A stretch of 64,000 nt of DNA from a virus: the IMG/VR virus record IMGVR_UViG_3300036831_000148, positions 64,001-128,000 of that record; one strand, given 5' to 3'. Shown piece by piece: positions 18,999 through 27,869 of the stretch (position 1 is the stretch's first letter; every line of letters begins with the position of its first letter). The translations under genes and the position numbers were made by a program. The notes beneath the pieces are model-generated. The model did not search any database, was not told the DNA's origin, and worked only from the letters and a program-made list of their open reading frames with translations.

Positions 18999-21497
18999 CT
19001 ACACCGCAAGCCCGTCAAGCAGGCGCGCGGCGCCCTCCGCGTCCTGGTCCCAGCGGACCCGGGCCGGCATCCCGGCTGCCAGGGACGCCTGTCCCTCGTC
19101 CTGCGGGGTGAGCCCGCAGGTGAACCCGGCCTCGATCGAGCTGCCGTCCGGCATCCGGATCTCCACCGGGTTCTCGCCTGGCAGCGACTTCAGGAACCCG
19201 GCGAGCTGCAGCACCTGCTCGCGCGCCGGCGAGGCAGGGAGGAAGATCACCACGCGGCGCGGCGGGCCTGCGTCCCACTTGCGGGCCGGGGGCTCCAGGA
19301 CGGGCGGGGCAGGCTCCTGCAGCGGCGGCTCGGCCGGCTTCGGCTCAGGCTCGGGGAGGTCGGAGGTGAGGCAGATTTCCCCGTCTTCGAGCACCGTAAT
19401 CTCCTTGACGCTCCCCCACGACCGGCCGATGTGCCAGTCCGCCACCATCGGGGGCCAGGGAACGCCCGGCCCCTTCACCTCGTAGACCACGGCAGGCGCC
19501 AGCGCGGCGATGACCTCCTGGGGCGTCACGTCGCCCCGCACCTCGAATTCAAGCGCGTCGTGCACGTTCATAATCAGCCGGACCCGGTCCGACAGCCCGG
19601 CCCTATCCAGCGCGCGCAGCGCCCGGACCATGGCCATCTTCACGTACTCGCCGGTAGCCGGGCCCTGGATTACCGCGTTGCCCGCTGTCCGCTCACCAGC
19701 TGCCTGCACCCGGCGGGACGGGTTGTCAAACTCCCAGATCCGCACCTTGCGGCCGAACTTGGTAATGACGTACCCGTCGCGGCGGGCCTGGCGGATGACC
19801 GAGCGGGAGTACGGCTTCAGTTGCGGGTAGGCGGCGTGGTAGGCGGTGAACAGCGCCTCCGCCGCCTCCACGGGGATGCCCAGTTGCTGGGCCATGCCGC
19901 CGGCGGTCTGGCCGTAAACGGTGGCGAAGTTCATCCGCTTTCCGGTGTCCTTGCGCTGCGCCTTCGTCACCTGGGACATCGCGATGCCGAGCATCAGCGA
20001 CGCGGTCAGCTTGTGCACGTCCTCGCCGCGGGCGAACGCCTCCACCAGCGCGGTCACGCCAGCCTCGGCGGCGGTCACCCTCAGTTCGATCTGGCTGTAG
20101 TCGAACCCGAGGATGTAGTACCCGTGCTGGTCAGGCTCCAGCGGGCCGGCGTACCCGGCTTCCTGCAGCACCAGCGCCCACCACGGGAGGGTGCCCGGCC
20201 CGGTGGCCACCAGGGCGTCACGGAAGTTGAAGTCAAACCGCTCGCCGCTGCGCAGCTCGTAGTGGTACTCGCCGGGGGACTGCTGGTAGTTGGGGGCCTC
20301 GCAGGAGAACCGGCCCGCGATGGTGCCGTGCTGCAGCAGGGACGGGTGCGCGCGGCCATCGGCTGCCCAGGAGTACTTGCCCTCGTAGATGTCCAGGAAC
20401 TTCAGCCGCAGGTCGTGCAGCCGCTTCCAGGACAGGTACTTCTTGACCTCCGGGTACTTGGCGGCCAACTGGGGCAGCGCCCGCTTGGCGTCCACGCTGG
20501 GAGCGCCGGACTCGGTATGGTGCATCACCGGCATACCGCACTGGACGTAGAGCAGGTCAGCCAGTTGCTTGGAGGAGTTGAAGTTGAAACCGGACGCCAG
20601 CCGCGCCCCGGCGAGGGCCTCGAAGTCCTCGATCACCTCGGCGAGCAGCTTCTCGGCGAACTCGCGGATCTCCGCCGACTTGGCCCGCAGCAGGTTCCAG
20701 TCGTAGCAGATGCCGGTGTCCGCCATCTCGCACACGATGGGCAGGACCTGCATCTCCAGCTTGTAGATGAACGTGTTCCGCACTTTCGGCCAGCGGTACA
20801 GGTGGTGCCGCAGCGCCTCCACCGCGTCCTCGCACATGTAGGCGCAGACCTCGGGGTCAGCCGGGTCGAACACGTTGAACCGGACGGAGTTCATCTCCTT
20901 CTCCGTCGGCGGGCGGCCGATGACGACCGTCAGCAGGTCAGCGAGCGAGCGCATCTGGTAGCCGAAATTCGCCAGCGTCGCCGCCTTCAGGCCGTGGCTC
21001 TTGTTCTCGCCCTCGGCGAACGACTCCAGCAGCGTGCAGGACCGCACCGGGAAGTAGCCGCGGGCGGCCACCACCGCTGCCCCGAGCAGCGGGTGGTCGT
21101 GCAGGTTGCGCAGGAAGAACCGCGACAGCCAGCGGAGCTCGGCGACCGCGCCGTGCGCCACTCCCAGCGGCAGCCCGTCGTCGTCAGTAGCGTGCAGCAT
21201 CTGCCAGAACAAGGCGGCTGCCGCCTTGTTGTCCACGTTGGGGGCCGAGTCAAAGGCCAGCGGCACCGCGCGCGCCCAGTTGAGGCTGTTGGTGAACTGG
21301 AAACTGACCACCATGTTGGCCTCGGCCCGCAGCGACATGCCCTCGCGGGATTCCCCGTGGTAGCCGGTTTCCACGTCAAAGCCGAAGGGCTTCCTCTCGG
21401 CGATGACCGCCTTAACCCGGTCCTCAAGCTCGGCCAGGTCGGTGAGCAGCGCGCTGCTCGGCATCACCCGGGCCGGAGACTCCGCCACGGCGGTCAC
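18999..21497 (-). CDS. polA: family A DNA polymerase with 3'-5' exonuclease and a DnaE-like C-terminal domain
   Basis: ExoI FDVETG; motif A GFDYSQIELR; motif B KRMNFATVYG; motif C VHDALEFE; likely start GTG 21497 overlapping the upstream stop. Confidence 0.92.
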   Translation of the reverse strand: MTAVAESPARVMPSSALLTDLAELEDRVKAVIAERKPFGFDVETGYHGESREGMSLRAEANMVVSFQFTNSLNWARAVPLAFDSAPNVDNKAAAALFWQMLHATDDDGLPLGVAHGAVAELRWLSRFFLRNLHDHPLLGAAVVAARGYFPVRSCTLLESFAEGENKSHGLKAATLANFGYQMRSLADLLTVVIGRPPTEKEMNSVRFNVFDPADPEVCAYMCEDAVEALRHHLYRWPKVRNTFIYKLEMQVLPIVCEMADTGICYDWNLLRAKSAEIREFAEKLLAEVIEDFEALAGARLASGFNFNSSKQLADLLYVQCGMPVMHHTESGAPSVDAKRALPQLAAKYPEVKKYLSWKRLHDLRLKFLDIYEGKYSWAADGRAHPSLLQHGTIAGRFSCEAPNYQQSPGEYHYELRSGERFDFNFRDALVATGPGTLPWWALVLQEAGYAGPLEPDQHGYYILGFDYSQIELRVTAAEAGVTALVEAFARGEDVHKLTASLMLGIAMSQVTKAQRKDTGKRMNFATVYGQTAGGMAQQLGIPVEAAEALFTAYHAAYPQLKPYSRSVIRQARRDGYVITKFGRKVRIWEFDNPSRRVQAAGERTAGNAVIQGPATGEYVKMAMVRALRALDRAGLSDRVRLIMNVHDALEFEVRGDVTPQEVIAALAPAVVYEVKGPGVPWPPMVADWHIGRSWGSVKEITVLEDGEICLTSDLPEPEPKPAEPPLQEPAPPVLEPPARKWDAGPPRRVVIFLPASPAREQVLQLAGFLKSLPGENPVEIRMPDGSSIEAGFTCGLTPQDEGQASLAAGMPARVRWDQDAEGAARLLDGLAV

Positions 21498-21718
21498 AGC
21501 CCGGCCTCGCACAGCCTGCAGGTGGTCGCTGTCGCCATCTTCTCCTCCTCGAAAAGGCACCCGCACAACTGGCACCACCAGGTACTGGCCCGGCGGGCCC
21601 GCTCCGCGCACTCGCGCCCGTACAGCAGGCCGCCTACCTCCGTGCACGCCGACCGGCGGCGCAGGTGGCGGCAGCCGAAGCAGCGGACCCAGACCGGCGG
21701 CAGCGCTCGCATCGTCAT
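21494..21718 (-). CDS. small Cys-rich Zn-finger protein
   Basis: several CxxC pairs. Confidence 0.5.
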   Translation of the reverse strand: MTMRALPPVWVRCFGCRHLRRRSACTEVGGLLYGRECAERARRASTWWCQLCGCLFEEEKMATATTCRLCEAGL

Positions 21719-21722
21719 ACGG

Positions 21723-21911
21723 TCACTCCGGAAGGGCGATGTCCCGGTCGGCCAGGCGGCGGCGCACCTGGCCGAACTGCACAGGCGTGACTACGTCTAG
21801 CAGCGCGGCGACCACCTCCAGGAGGCCGTCCCGCTCGCGGGTCGCCTCGTCCAGTTCCATCTGGACGCTTCGCGCGTGCACCCGGATCGCCTCGCATTCC
21901 TCGCAGTCCAT
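21723..21911 (-). CDS. small hypothetical protein
   Basis: 62-aa ORF with SD GGGGA. Confidence 0.5.
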   Translation of the reverse strand: MDCEECEAIRVHARSVQMELDEATRERDGLLEVVAALLDVVTPVQFGQVRRRLADRDIALPE

Positions 21912-21943
21912 GTCCCCAGGGGTTCCCGTATCCTGTTACGCCG

Positions 21944-22882
21944 CTACCACAGCGCCGCCAGGCTTTCGGCCACCCCGGCGGACGCCCCGGCCCGCCAGGC
22001 GGCGTCCGCGGCGGCGAGCAGGGCACGGCAGCGGCGCACCCGGTCGGGCCCGTAACGGGCCAGGTGCGGGATAACCCGGTTGGCGGCGAACCGCTCCGCC
22101 TTCAGCCAGGAGGCCGCCTCTCTGGGGGTCAGCCCCTGGCGCGTGCCGTCGGCGACCAGTTCGACCGCGGCCAGCCGGGACGACAGCAGGCCGATGACCA
22201 TCCCCAGGTCGCCGCGAGCAAGCGCGCGGGCGGCAGCGGCGGCGCCCGCGCGGTCCCCGGCCATCAGCCGGTCGGTGAAGTCACCGCCCGGATCAGGCGG
22301 GCAGACGACCGCCAGCGAGGCGGGCTGCGGGTCCAGGCCGGCGAGGCGGGCCTGCTCGCACGCCAGCCAGGCCCCGCTCAGCCCGCCGCCGCGCGTCAGC
22401 ACCTCGTAGGCGAGGTTCAGCGAGACCCCCGGCCACCAGGAGGCCACCAGGGCAGTCTGGTCCTCCAGGGACGACGGCGCGCAGCACCGGACAAGCTGCC
22501 CGGACCGCGACGACTGCAGCGCCGCCAGGTGCGGGGCAAGCTGCCCGTCGTCGCGCGCGAAGTCGTCGTCGCCGGAGACGAACGTCACGTAGGCGGTGTC
22601 CAGCTCTCCGGCCGTGGCGAGCAGCGTGACGTTCCCGGTGGCCTTCAGCCGCTCGGCCCCGTACACCGTCACCCGGCGCCCGCCCGGCGGCGGGACCGAC
22701 AGCAGCAGGTTCCACACGTCCCGCTCGGGCACCTCTCCGGCGAACAAGGCCGAGCACTGGTCCGGCGGCGCGCCCGCCCGGTGCTCGGCCACCACCTCGC
22801 GGGCCAGGACGTGCTCGGCACCGCAGACCCACGTGAGCGGCCGGACAGTCTTCTTGCGGGACCACTGCAGGTAAGTTGCCAA
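21944..22882 (-). CDS. putative clamp-loader delta (HolA-like) subunit
   Basis: N-terminal LTWVCGAEHVLAREVV like HolA; about 310 aa with a helical C-terminus; context of dnaX, dnaN and a holB-like gene. Confidence 0.55.
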   Translation of the reverse strand: MATYLQWSRKKTVRPLTWVCGAEHVLAREVVAEHRAGAPPDQCSALFAGEVPERDVWNLLLSVPPPGGRRVTVYGAERLKATGNVTLLATAGELDTAYVTFVSGDDDFARDDGQLAPHLAALQSSRSGQLVRCCAPSSLEDQTALVASWWPGVSLNLAYEVLTRGGGLSGAWLACEQARLAGLDPQPASLAVVCPPDPGGDFTDRLMAGDRAGAAAAARALARGDLGMVIGLLSSRLAAVELVADGTRQGLTPREAASWLKAERFAANRVIPHLARYGPDRVRRCRALLAAADAAWRAGASAGVAESLAALW

Positions 22883-23122
22883 GACGGGCCAGCCATTCCG
22901 CCACAGCCTCCACCAGGTCCGACGACGGGGGGACGGAGCCGCAGTCGCTCCACTTGACGAACCCCAGCCGGATCCTGGCTACCTGGGCGGTGCCGTTCAG
23001 CTTCACCACGGCCCAGCCGTTGTGCTCGCCGGCCTCCGTCCAGGCGGCTTCTTCCTCTGCCTCGGTAGCTCGTTCGTAAGAGACCGTCAGGCCGAGGGGG
23101 ATGGTCGCGTTGTCCATGCCCT

Positions 23123-23599
23123 CTACTGCGTCCGGCGGATCGTTCCCGTCTGCCGGGCGAGGTCGCGGATCATCGCCGGGGTGTACCGGCCGCCCTCGGC
23201 GAGCTGCATCAGCCGGGTCGCCGGGCCCGCCTGCGCGAGCTCGGCGGCGATCAGCCGCTCGAACCCCAGCCGGGTCATCACCGCCCACCGGGGCCCGTTC
23301 GGGCCGGTCGCCTGCGCGATGGCGTCAATCAGGTGGTTGATCCTGGAGTGCACCAGGTAGAACGGGTCGGGCGAGGCCCCCTGCGCGGCAAGCTCGGCGA
23401 ACTTGGCCTGGTTCGCGGCCACCAAGTCCTCGAACTGCTGCCCGAGCACCTCCAGGGAGGGAGCCACCGCAGGCGGGGCCGAAGGACCCCGGCTAGGGGG
23501 CGGCGGCACGGCCTGGCGGGGACCCGGCGCAGGGGGCAGAGGGCCGTCGCCGTTGTGGACGCGGTGCGTCTTGCGGTGGTCGCCGTTTTCCTGGCTCAC
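23123..23599 (-). CDS. hypothetical protein
   Basis: SD GAGGAG; plausible 158-aa ORF. Confidence 0.6.
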   Translation of the reverse strand: MSQENGDHRKTHRVHNGDGPLPPAPGPRQAVPPPPSRGPSAPPAVAPSLEVLGQQFEDLVAANQAKFAELAAQGASPDPFYLVHSRINHLIDAIAQATGPNGPRWAVMTRLGFERLIAAELAQAGPATRLMQLAEGGRYTPAMIRDLARQTGTIRRTQ

Positions 23600-23671
23600 G
23601 AGGGCTCCTCACGTTCGGGAAGTTGCCCTCCTCCAATCGCCAGCCCGGATAATCTCCCCCCGGCAGCGCAA

Positions 23672-24331
23672 TCACCCCGCAGGGAAGGCCCGCTCCAGCG
23701 CCACCACCGGTGCCAGTTTCGCGCCCGGCCAGCGGCTCAGCCCCTCAAGCACGCGCAGGGCCTGCTCGGGGGTGACACCGGGCGCGAACCCGGGGGAGAA
23801 GTCCTCCCAGCGCCCGGAGGCTGCCTCCGCAGCCCAGGCGGTCAGCACCGTAACCTGGGCCGGGGTCCAGCCGCGGACCGCCTGCACGAGCAGCGCGGCG
23901 CTGCCCGACTGGGCAGCCTTCAGCGCGGTGGCCACGGCGGTCTTGTCCGCCGCGCCGGCGATCTCCGCCTCCTGGGCGGCGCCCAGTACCAGCAGGCGGC
24001 ACCGGGACATGACGGTCGGCAACAGCGCCCGCTCGGCGGCGAGCACGAACCGGCAGCCCGGCGGAGGCTCCTCCAGGGTCTTCAGCAGCGTGTTCTGCAC
24101 CTGCGCGCCCGCCTTAGCCATGTTCAGCGCGTAAACCCGCACCTGCCCGCCGGGAACCGTCCAGGCGCCGTCCCGGATCTCCCGGGCGGCTGCCGCGTTC
24201 AGTTCGTACCGGTACGTCCAGTTCAGGTCACCGCAGGCTTCCAGCAGAACGACGCCCGCTCCCCGGCCGAGCAGCAGCAGGGTGGGGGGCAGTTCGCGCG
24301 CGAGCGCCTCGCGCGCCTGCTCAGGCGTCAT
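23672..24331 (-). CDS. clamp-loader delta' (HolB-like) subunit
   Basis: QNTLLKTLEEPP and LLPTVMSRC with a degenerate Walker A. Confidence 0.75.
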   Translation of the reverse strand: MTPEQAREALARELPPTLLLLGRGAGVVLLEACGDLNWTYRYELNAAAAREIRDGAWTVPGGQVRVYALNMAKAGAQVQNTLLKTLEEPPPGCRFVLAAERALLPTVMSRCRLLVLGAAQEAEIAGAADKTAVATALKAAQSGSAALLVQAVRGWTPAQVTVLTAWAAEAASGRWEDFSPGFAPGVTPEQALRVLEGLSRWPGAKLAPVVALERAFPAG

Positions 24332-24521
24332 CCTTCATCTCCTCGTCACGCACCGGCCAGAACTTCCAGTACCCGCCGCGCGTGCGCCCGGAGTGCCAGT
24401 CAGCGGCCGGGGTATCCCGCTTCCAGTGACCAGCATTGTCCTCGCACCGGGCAGTTGACCGCAGCGACGGCTGCGCGCCGCACCTCGGCTGAGAGGGGCT
24501 GTTGTCCACGGCAAGTTTCAC
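24321..24521 (-). CDS. small hypothetical protein
   Basis: GTG start overlapping the upstream stop. Confidence 0.45.
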   Translation of the reverse strand: MKLAVDNSPSQPRCGAQPSLRSTARCEDNAGHWKRDTPAADWHSGRTRGGYWKFWPVRDEEMKDDA

Positions 24522-25603
24522 GGAGCCACCAGCAGGAACGCCGCCTCGCGGACCGCCTCCAGGTCGGCGGGGCTGACCCCGGGTAGTTTCGCCAGGCCAC
24601 CCAGGGCCTCCTCGAACGCGCGCCACGGGCCGGTCTCCGTCAGGTCCGGCGGGGAGATGGGCTCGGCCTCCAGGCCGTCCAGCAACCGCTCCAGGCCGAA
24701 GATCAGGGCCGCCTTCACCTTGCCGAAGTGCCCGCCCTCGTAGTGGCCGCCCTTGGCCGCGCGGGTCTTCGGGTAGTCACGCATTACCTGCGCGGCGAAG
24801 TCCAGGTACCACTGCCTGCCCGCGGCGGCAAGCGGGTGCCCGGTGTCGGCGAAGGCGGGCAGTACCCGGTTGCCGCGCGAGTCGCGCAGTGCCTTCACCG
24901 CCTCGCGCACCTGCAGGGCGGTAAGCAGCATGCCGCCCAGCTCGAAGCACGCCGGGGGCGGCGCGGGCAGCGGCCTCGGAGCGGTTACCGCGCCGAGCAG
25001 GCCGCGGAGTTCCGCCATCCAGGCCTCGGCCGCTTCCGGGGTGACCTTGAACCTGGCCCGGACCGCCGCCGCGGTCACCGGCTTGCCGGCGCCGTAGCGG
25101 TCGGCGAGCGCGTCAAACAGCGGGAGCACCGGCGCGCGGCCGGGCGGCTCCGGCAGCCGGCGGGAGATCGCGGCGCGCAGCCGCTCCAGGGCCTCGTCGT
25201 CGGCCAGCGACGGATACTGGTCGCTGACGGACGTCATCGCGTCAATAGCCGGGCTCAGGCCGTCCTGGCCCGCCCCCGCGTCAAGCAGCAGCGGCTCGCG
25301 CGCGCTCCGGGCGGCTACCTCGCGCAGCCCCCGGCAGTAGACCGGGACCTGGCCGAGGATGAACGCCTTGAACGAGACCGGCGCGCGCGTGTAGTCGCTG
25401 ACGTGAGCCGGGTTGTACAGGGCGATGACGTCGCGCTTGATGAACTGGCCCAGGATGTACTGGACCCCGTCCTCCACGTCCTGGGGCCTGGCCCCGGGCC
25501 CTAGCCCGCGCCACACCACCCTCTTGATGTCCGGGTAGTAAACCCGGGCAAGCTCGTCGTAGTCGGCAGGGACAGCAGAGACAGCTGAACTCGGAGACGC
25601 CAC
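24518..25603 (-). CDS. sigma70-region-2-like protein (putative phage sigma/transcription factor)
   Basis: YDELARVYYPDIKRVV...DVEDGVQYIL...YNP...SFKAFI resembles sigma region 2. Confidence 0.55.
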   Translation of the reverse strand: MASPSSAVSAVPADYDELARVYYPDIKRVVWRGLGPGARPQDVEDGVQYILGQFIKRDVIALYNPAHVSDYTRAPVSFKAFILGQVPVYCRGLREVAARSAREPLLLDAGAGQDGLSPAIDAMTSVSDQYPSLADDEALERLRAAISRRLPEPPGRAPVLPLFDALADRYGAGKPVTAAAVRARFKVTPEAAEAWMAELRGLLGAVTAPRPLPAPPPACFELGGMLLTALQVREAVKALRDSRGNRVLPAFADTGHPLAAAGRQWYLDFAAQVMRDYPKTRAAKGGHYEGGHFGKVKAALIFGLERLLDGLEAEPISPPDLTETGPWRAFEEALGGLAKLPGVSPADLEAVREAAFLLVAP

Positions 25604-25685
25604 ACAGAACTCCCCAACAGAACCTCACCAGTAGGTTGAGGTTAGCCCTGTGCTTTACTCCCGTCAAGTTAACCGGGAGTAAGGC

Positions 25686-26006
25686 CTACCAGACAGCCTG
25701 GTACTCGCGCCGGGCCCGCTCCACGGCCGGCTCGCCGACCGCGATGCGCGAGCCGGGGACATCCAGGGCGCCGTCCGCGCTGGTCTCCACCAGCACGACG
25801 CCGCGCCGGCCCAGGTTGGTGGACAGCAGCGACTTGTAGGCGCACCCGGCAGGCAGCTCGAACGCGCCGCGGGTGAACGTGACGACGGCGGGCACCACCT
25901 CGCCGCCCCTGAGACCGTCGGCGGCGGCGGTGCCGGTCAGTTCCTCGGCCACCCGCCACTTCCGCCCGCCGCCGAACAACTCGTCCCACGCGCGGGTGGT
26001 CGCCAT
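25686..26006 (-). CDS. hypothetical protein
   Basis: TGATG coupling. Confidence 0.55.
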   Translation of the reverse strand: MATTRAWDELFGGGRKWRVAEELTGTAAADGLRGGEVVPAVVTFTRGAFELPAGCAYKSLLSTNLGRRGVVLVETSADGALDVPGSRIAVGEPAVERARREYQAVW

Positions 26007-26275
26007 CAGTCCTCCAGGGGGTCGCGCACCGTGAAGCGGTCCTCCGATGCCTGCCTGCGGAACTGGGTATCGGCGACCCGGCGCGCCAGGTCCTGCTGCC
26101 GCTCAGCCGGGCGCTCCTGCTCGCGCCAGCGCTCGTACTCGGCGGCGGCGTCCAGCGCGGAACCCGGGTCGGACCGGTACAGCGCGGCCCACTTCTCGCA
26201 GGCCAGCAAGTGAATGACCATGGCCGCCAGCTCGCCGGACTCCTGGCACCCGGCGCAGCGGCCCTGCGCCCTCAC
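26006..26275 (-). CDS. hypothetical Zn-binding protein
   Basis: CAGC...H...C; start uncertain. Confidence 0.45.
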   Translation of the reverse strand: MRAQGRCAGCQESGELAAMVIHLLACEKWAALYRSDPGSALDAAAEYERWREQERPAERQQDLARRVADTQFRRQASEDRFTVRDPLED

Positions 26276-26324
26276 GGGGCCTGGCCCGCGCGACAGTGCC
26301 CGCTGCTCTTGCTCACGTCTTTTC

Positions 26325-26528
26325 CTACGCCCGGCTGAGCAGCTCCGAGAGGAGCGCGGGCACTGACCGGCGGACCTTCTCCCGGTCGACGTGCTTGCAC
26401 AGCCCGTCTGCACGTGCAGCGTGACGGCAGCCGGGGCAGGTGCACGACCAGCTCCCGTCCGGGTACCGGGAGACCCGGTACTCCAGGCCCGGCTCGCTGT
26501 CGGAGGGGACCATGACCTCGGCCACCAT
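26325..26528 (-). CDS. SWIM zinc-finger protein
   Basis: YRVS...WSCTCPG...CKH. Confidence 0.7.
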   Translation of the reverse strand: MVAEVMVPSDSEPGLEYRVSRYPDGSWSCTCPGCRHAARADGLCKHVDREKVRRSVPALLSELLSRA

Positions 26529-26572
26529 GCCGGAGACACGGCGGCCGGGGGGCTCGGCGGAAACGGAAACCC

Positions 26573-26860
26573 TCACGTGACGGGATCCGGCGCGGCCGGA
26601 AACGCCCCGGTCAGCATCGGGGACGGGCCAGTCGAGTAAGCCACCGGGCCGCCCGGCGTCCCGCTGAGGTGGCCGGGGACGCCGGGCATGACCACGGTGA
26701 CGGAGGTCGGCCGGGCGGCCCGCTGCTCGGCGACCGCGTGCACCGCGTCCCGGGTCAGCCCGGCCATCTCCTGGTCCGGCCAGTGCTTGATCATCGCGGT
26801 AAACATCGGCGCGCGCGGGTCCAGGGGCCACGGCACGCTCTTGTCCAGGGGATCCACCAT
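26573..26860 (-). CDS. hypothetical protein
   Basis: 95-aa ORF in the gene run. Confidence 0.5.
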   Translation of the reverse strand: MVDPLDKSVPWPLDPRAPMFTAMIKHWPDQEMAGLTRDAVHAVAEQRAARPTSVTVVMPGVPGHLSGTPGGPVAYSTGPSPMLTGAFPAAPDPVT

Positions 26861-26875
26861 GGAATCACCCTACGG

Positions 26876-27262
26876 TCAGGCCTCGGCAGCCGGCGCGGGC
26901 TCCGCTTCCCGGGCCTCAGCCTCCTGCCGCTCCAGGTCCGCCATCAGGGCGGCCGTCTGGCCCTGGGGGATGTCCAGGCCGGTGTGCTCGCAGTACAGCA
27001 AGACCGACGGGCTCGCGCCGGCCGCGTCCGCTGCCTGGCGGCACTCCTCGCACTGCAGACGGCGCATCCGGGCCACCTCGATGTTCTGCACCACGTAGGC
27101 TGCGGGGCGCACACCCGACCCGGGGATCATGTGGATGCTAGCGAACTTCCACTCCTCCAGGGCCATCTGGAAGATGCGCTGCCGCGACACGCGCAGCAGC
27201 ACCCCCGCCCGCGGCAGGCTGGACCATCCGAGCAGGACGGGAATCTGTTCCTTGGTCTTCAC
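26876..27262 (-). CDS. putative HTH DNA-binding protein
   Basis: SLPRAGVLLRVSRQRIFQMA excisionase-type HTH; SD AAGGAGA. Confidence 0.6.
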   Translation of the reverse strand: MKTKEQIPVLLGWSSLPRAGVLLRVSRQRIFQMALEEWKFASIHMIPGSGVRPAAYVVQNIEVARMRRLQCEECRQAADAAGASPSVLLYCEHTGLDIPQGQTAALMADLERQEAEAREAEPAPAAEA

Positions 27263-27346
27263 GGTCTTCTCCTTATCCCGCCAGGGCGGGCCGTTTCCTG
27301 TTTCCCTCCTATAAGCTTAACCCGAGTCAAGTTTATTCCGCTAGTG

Positions 27347-27868
27347 TCAGAACGCCCGGCTCATGATCTTCTTGCACTTCTCCAGCCACAGGGTGCACTG
27401 CTCCTCCGTGCGTACCAGGCGCAGCAGGCCAAGCAGGAACGCCAGCCGGCGGGAAACCTGGTCGTCGTACTGCCGGGTAGCCCAGTCCGGGCAGTTGGCC
27501 GCGCACCAGGTGCGCAGCGCGGCGGCCAGGTCGTCAAGCGCGGGCTCGGGCTCGCGGGCCGCCTGGTCCCACAGGTGGGCATAGCCCGGCGGCGCGTAGC
27601 CGACTTTCTTCAGCGCCCGGATGGCGGCCGACTCGCGGTCCATGTCCCAGACCTCGGCCAGCAGGGTGACGGCGCTGAACCGCCTCCGCTCGGCGTAGCA
27701 GTACGCGTGCCCGTCGTAGACGCGCATCGCCCCGCCCTCGCCGCAGGCCGGGCACCGGGCACGCAGCCCGCGGTCGCGCGAGTCAGCGCCCAGCCCGGCC
27801 CACTGCGCGGCCCGGGAGAAGGGCACCCGCTCGTTGGCGATGGCGGCCAGTGGCCGCGGGCCGCCCAC
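27347..27868 (-). CDS. stand-alone primase zinc-binding-domain-like protein
   Basis: RCPAC...AMRVY...YCYA...SAVTLLAEVWDMDRESAAIRAL; directly downstream of dnaB. Confidence 0.6.
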   Translation of the reverse strand: MGGPRPLAAIANERVPFSRAAQWAGLGADSRDRGLRARCPACGEGGAMRVYDGHAYCYAERRRFSAVTLLAEVWDMDRESAAIRALKKVGYAPPGYAHLWDQAAREPEPALDDLAAALRTWCAANCPDWATRQYDDQVSRRLAFLLGLLRLVRTEEQCTLWLEKCKKIMSRAF

Positions 27869-27869
27869 G

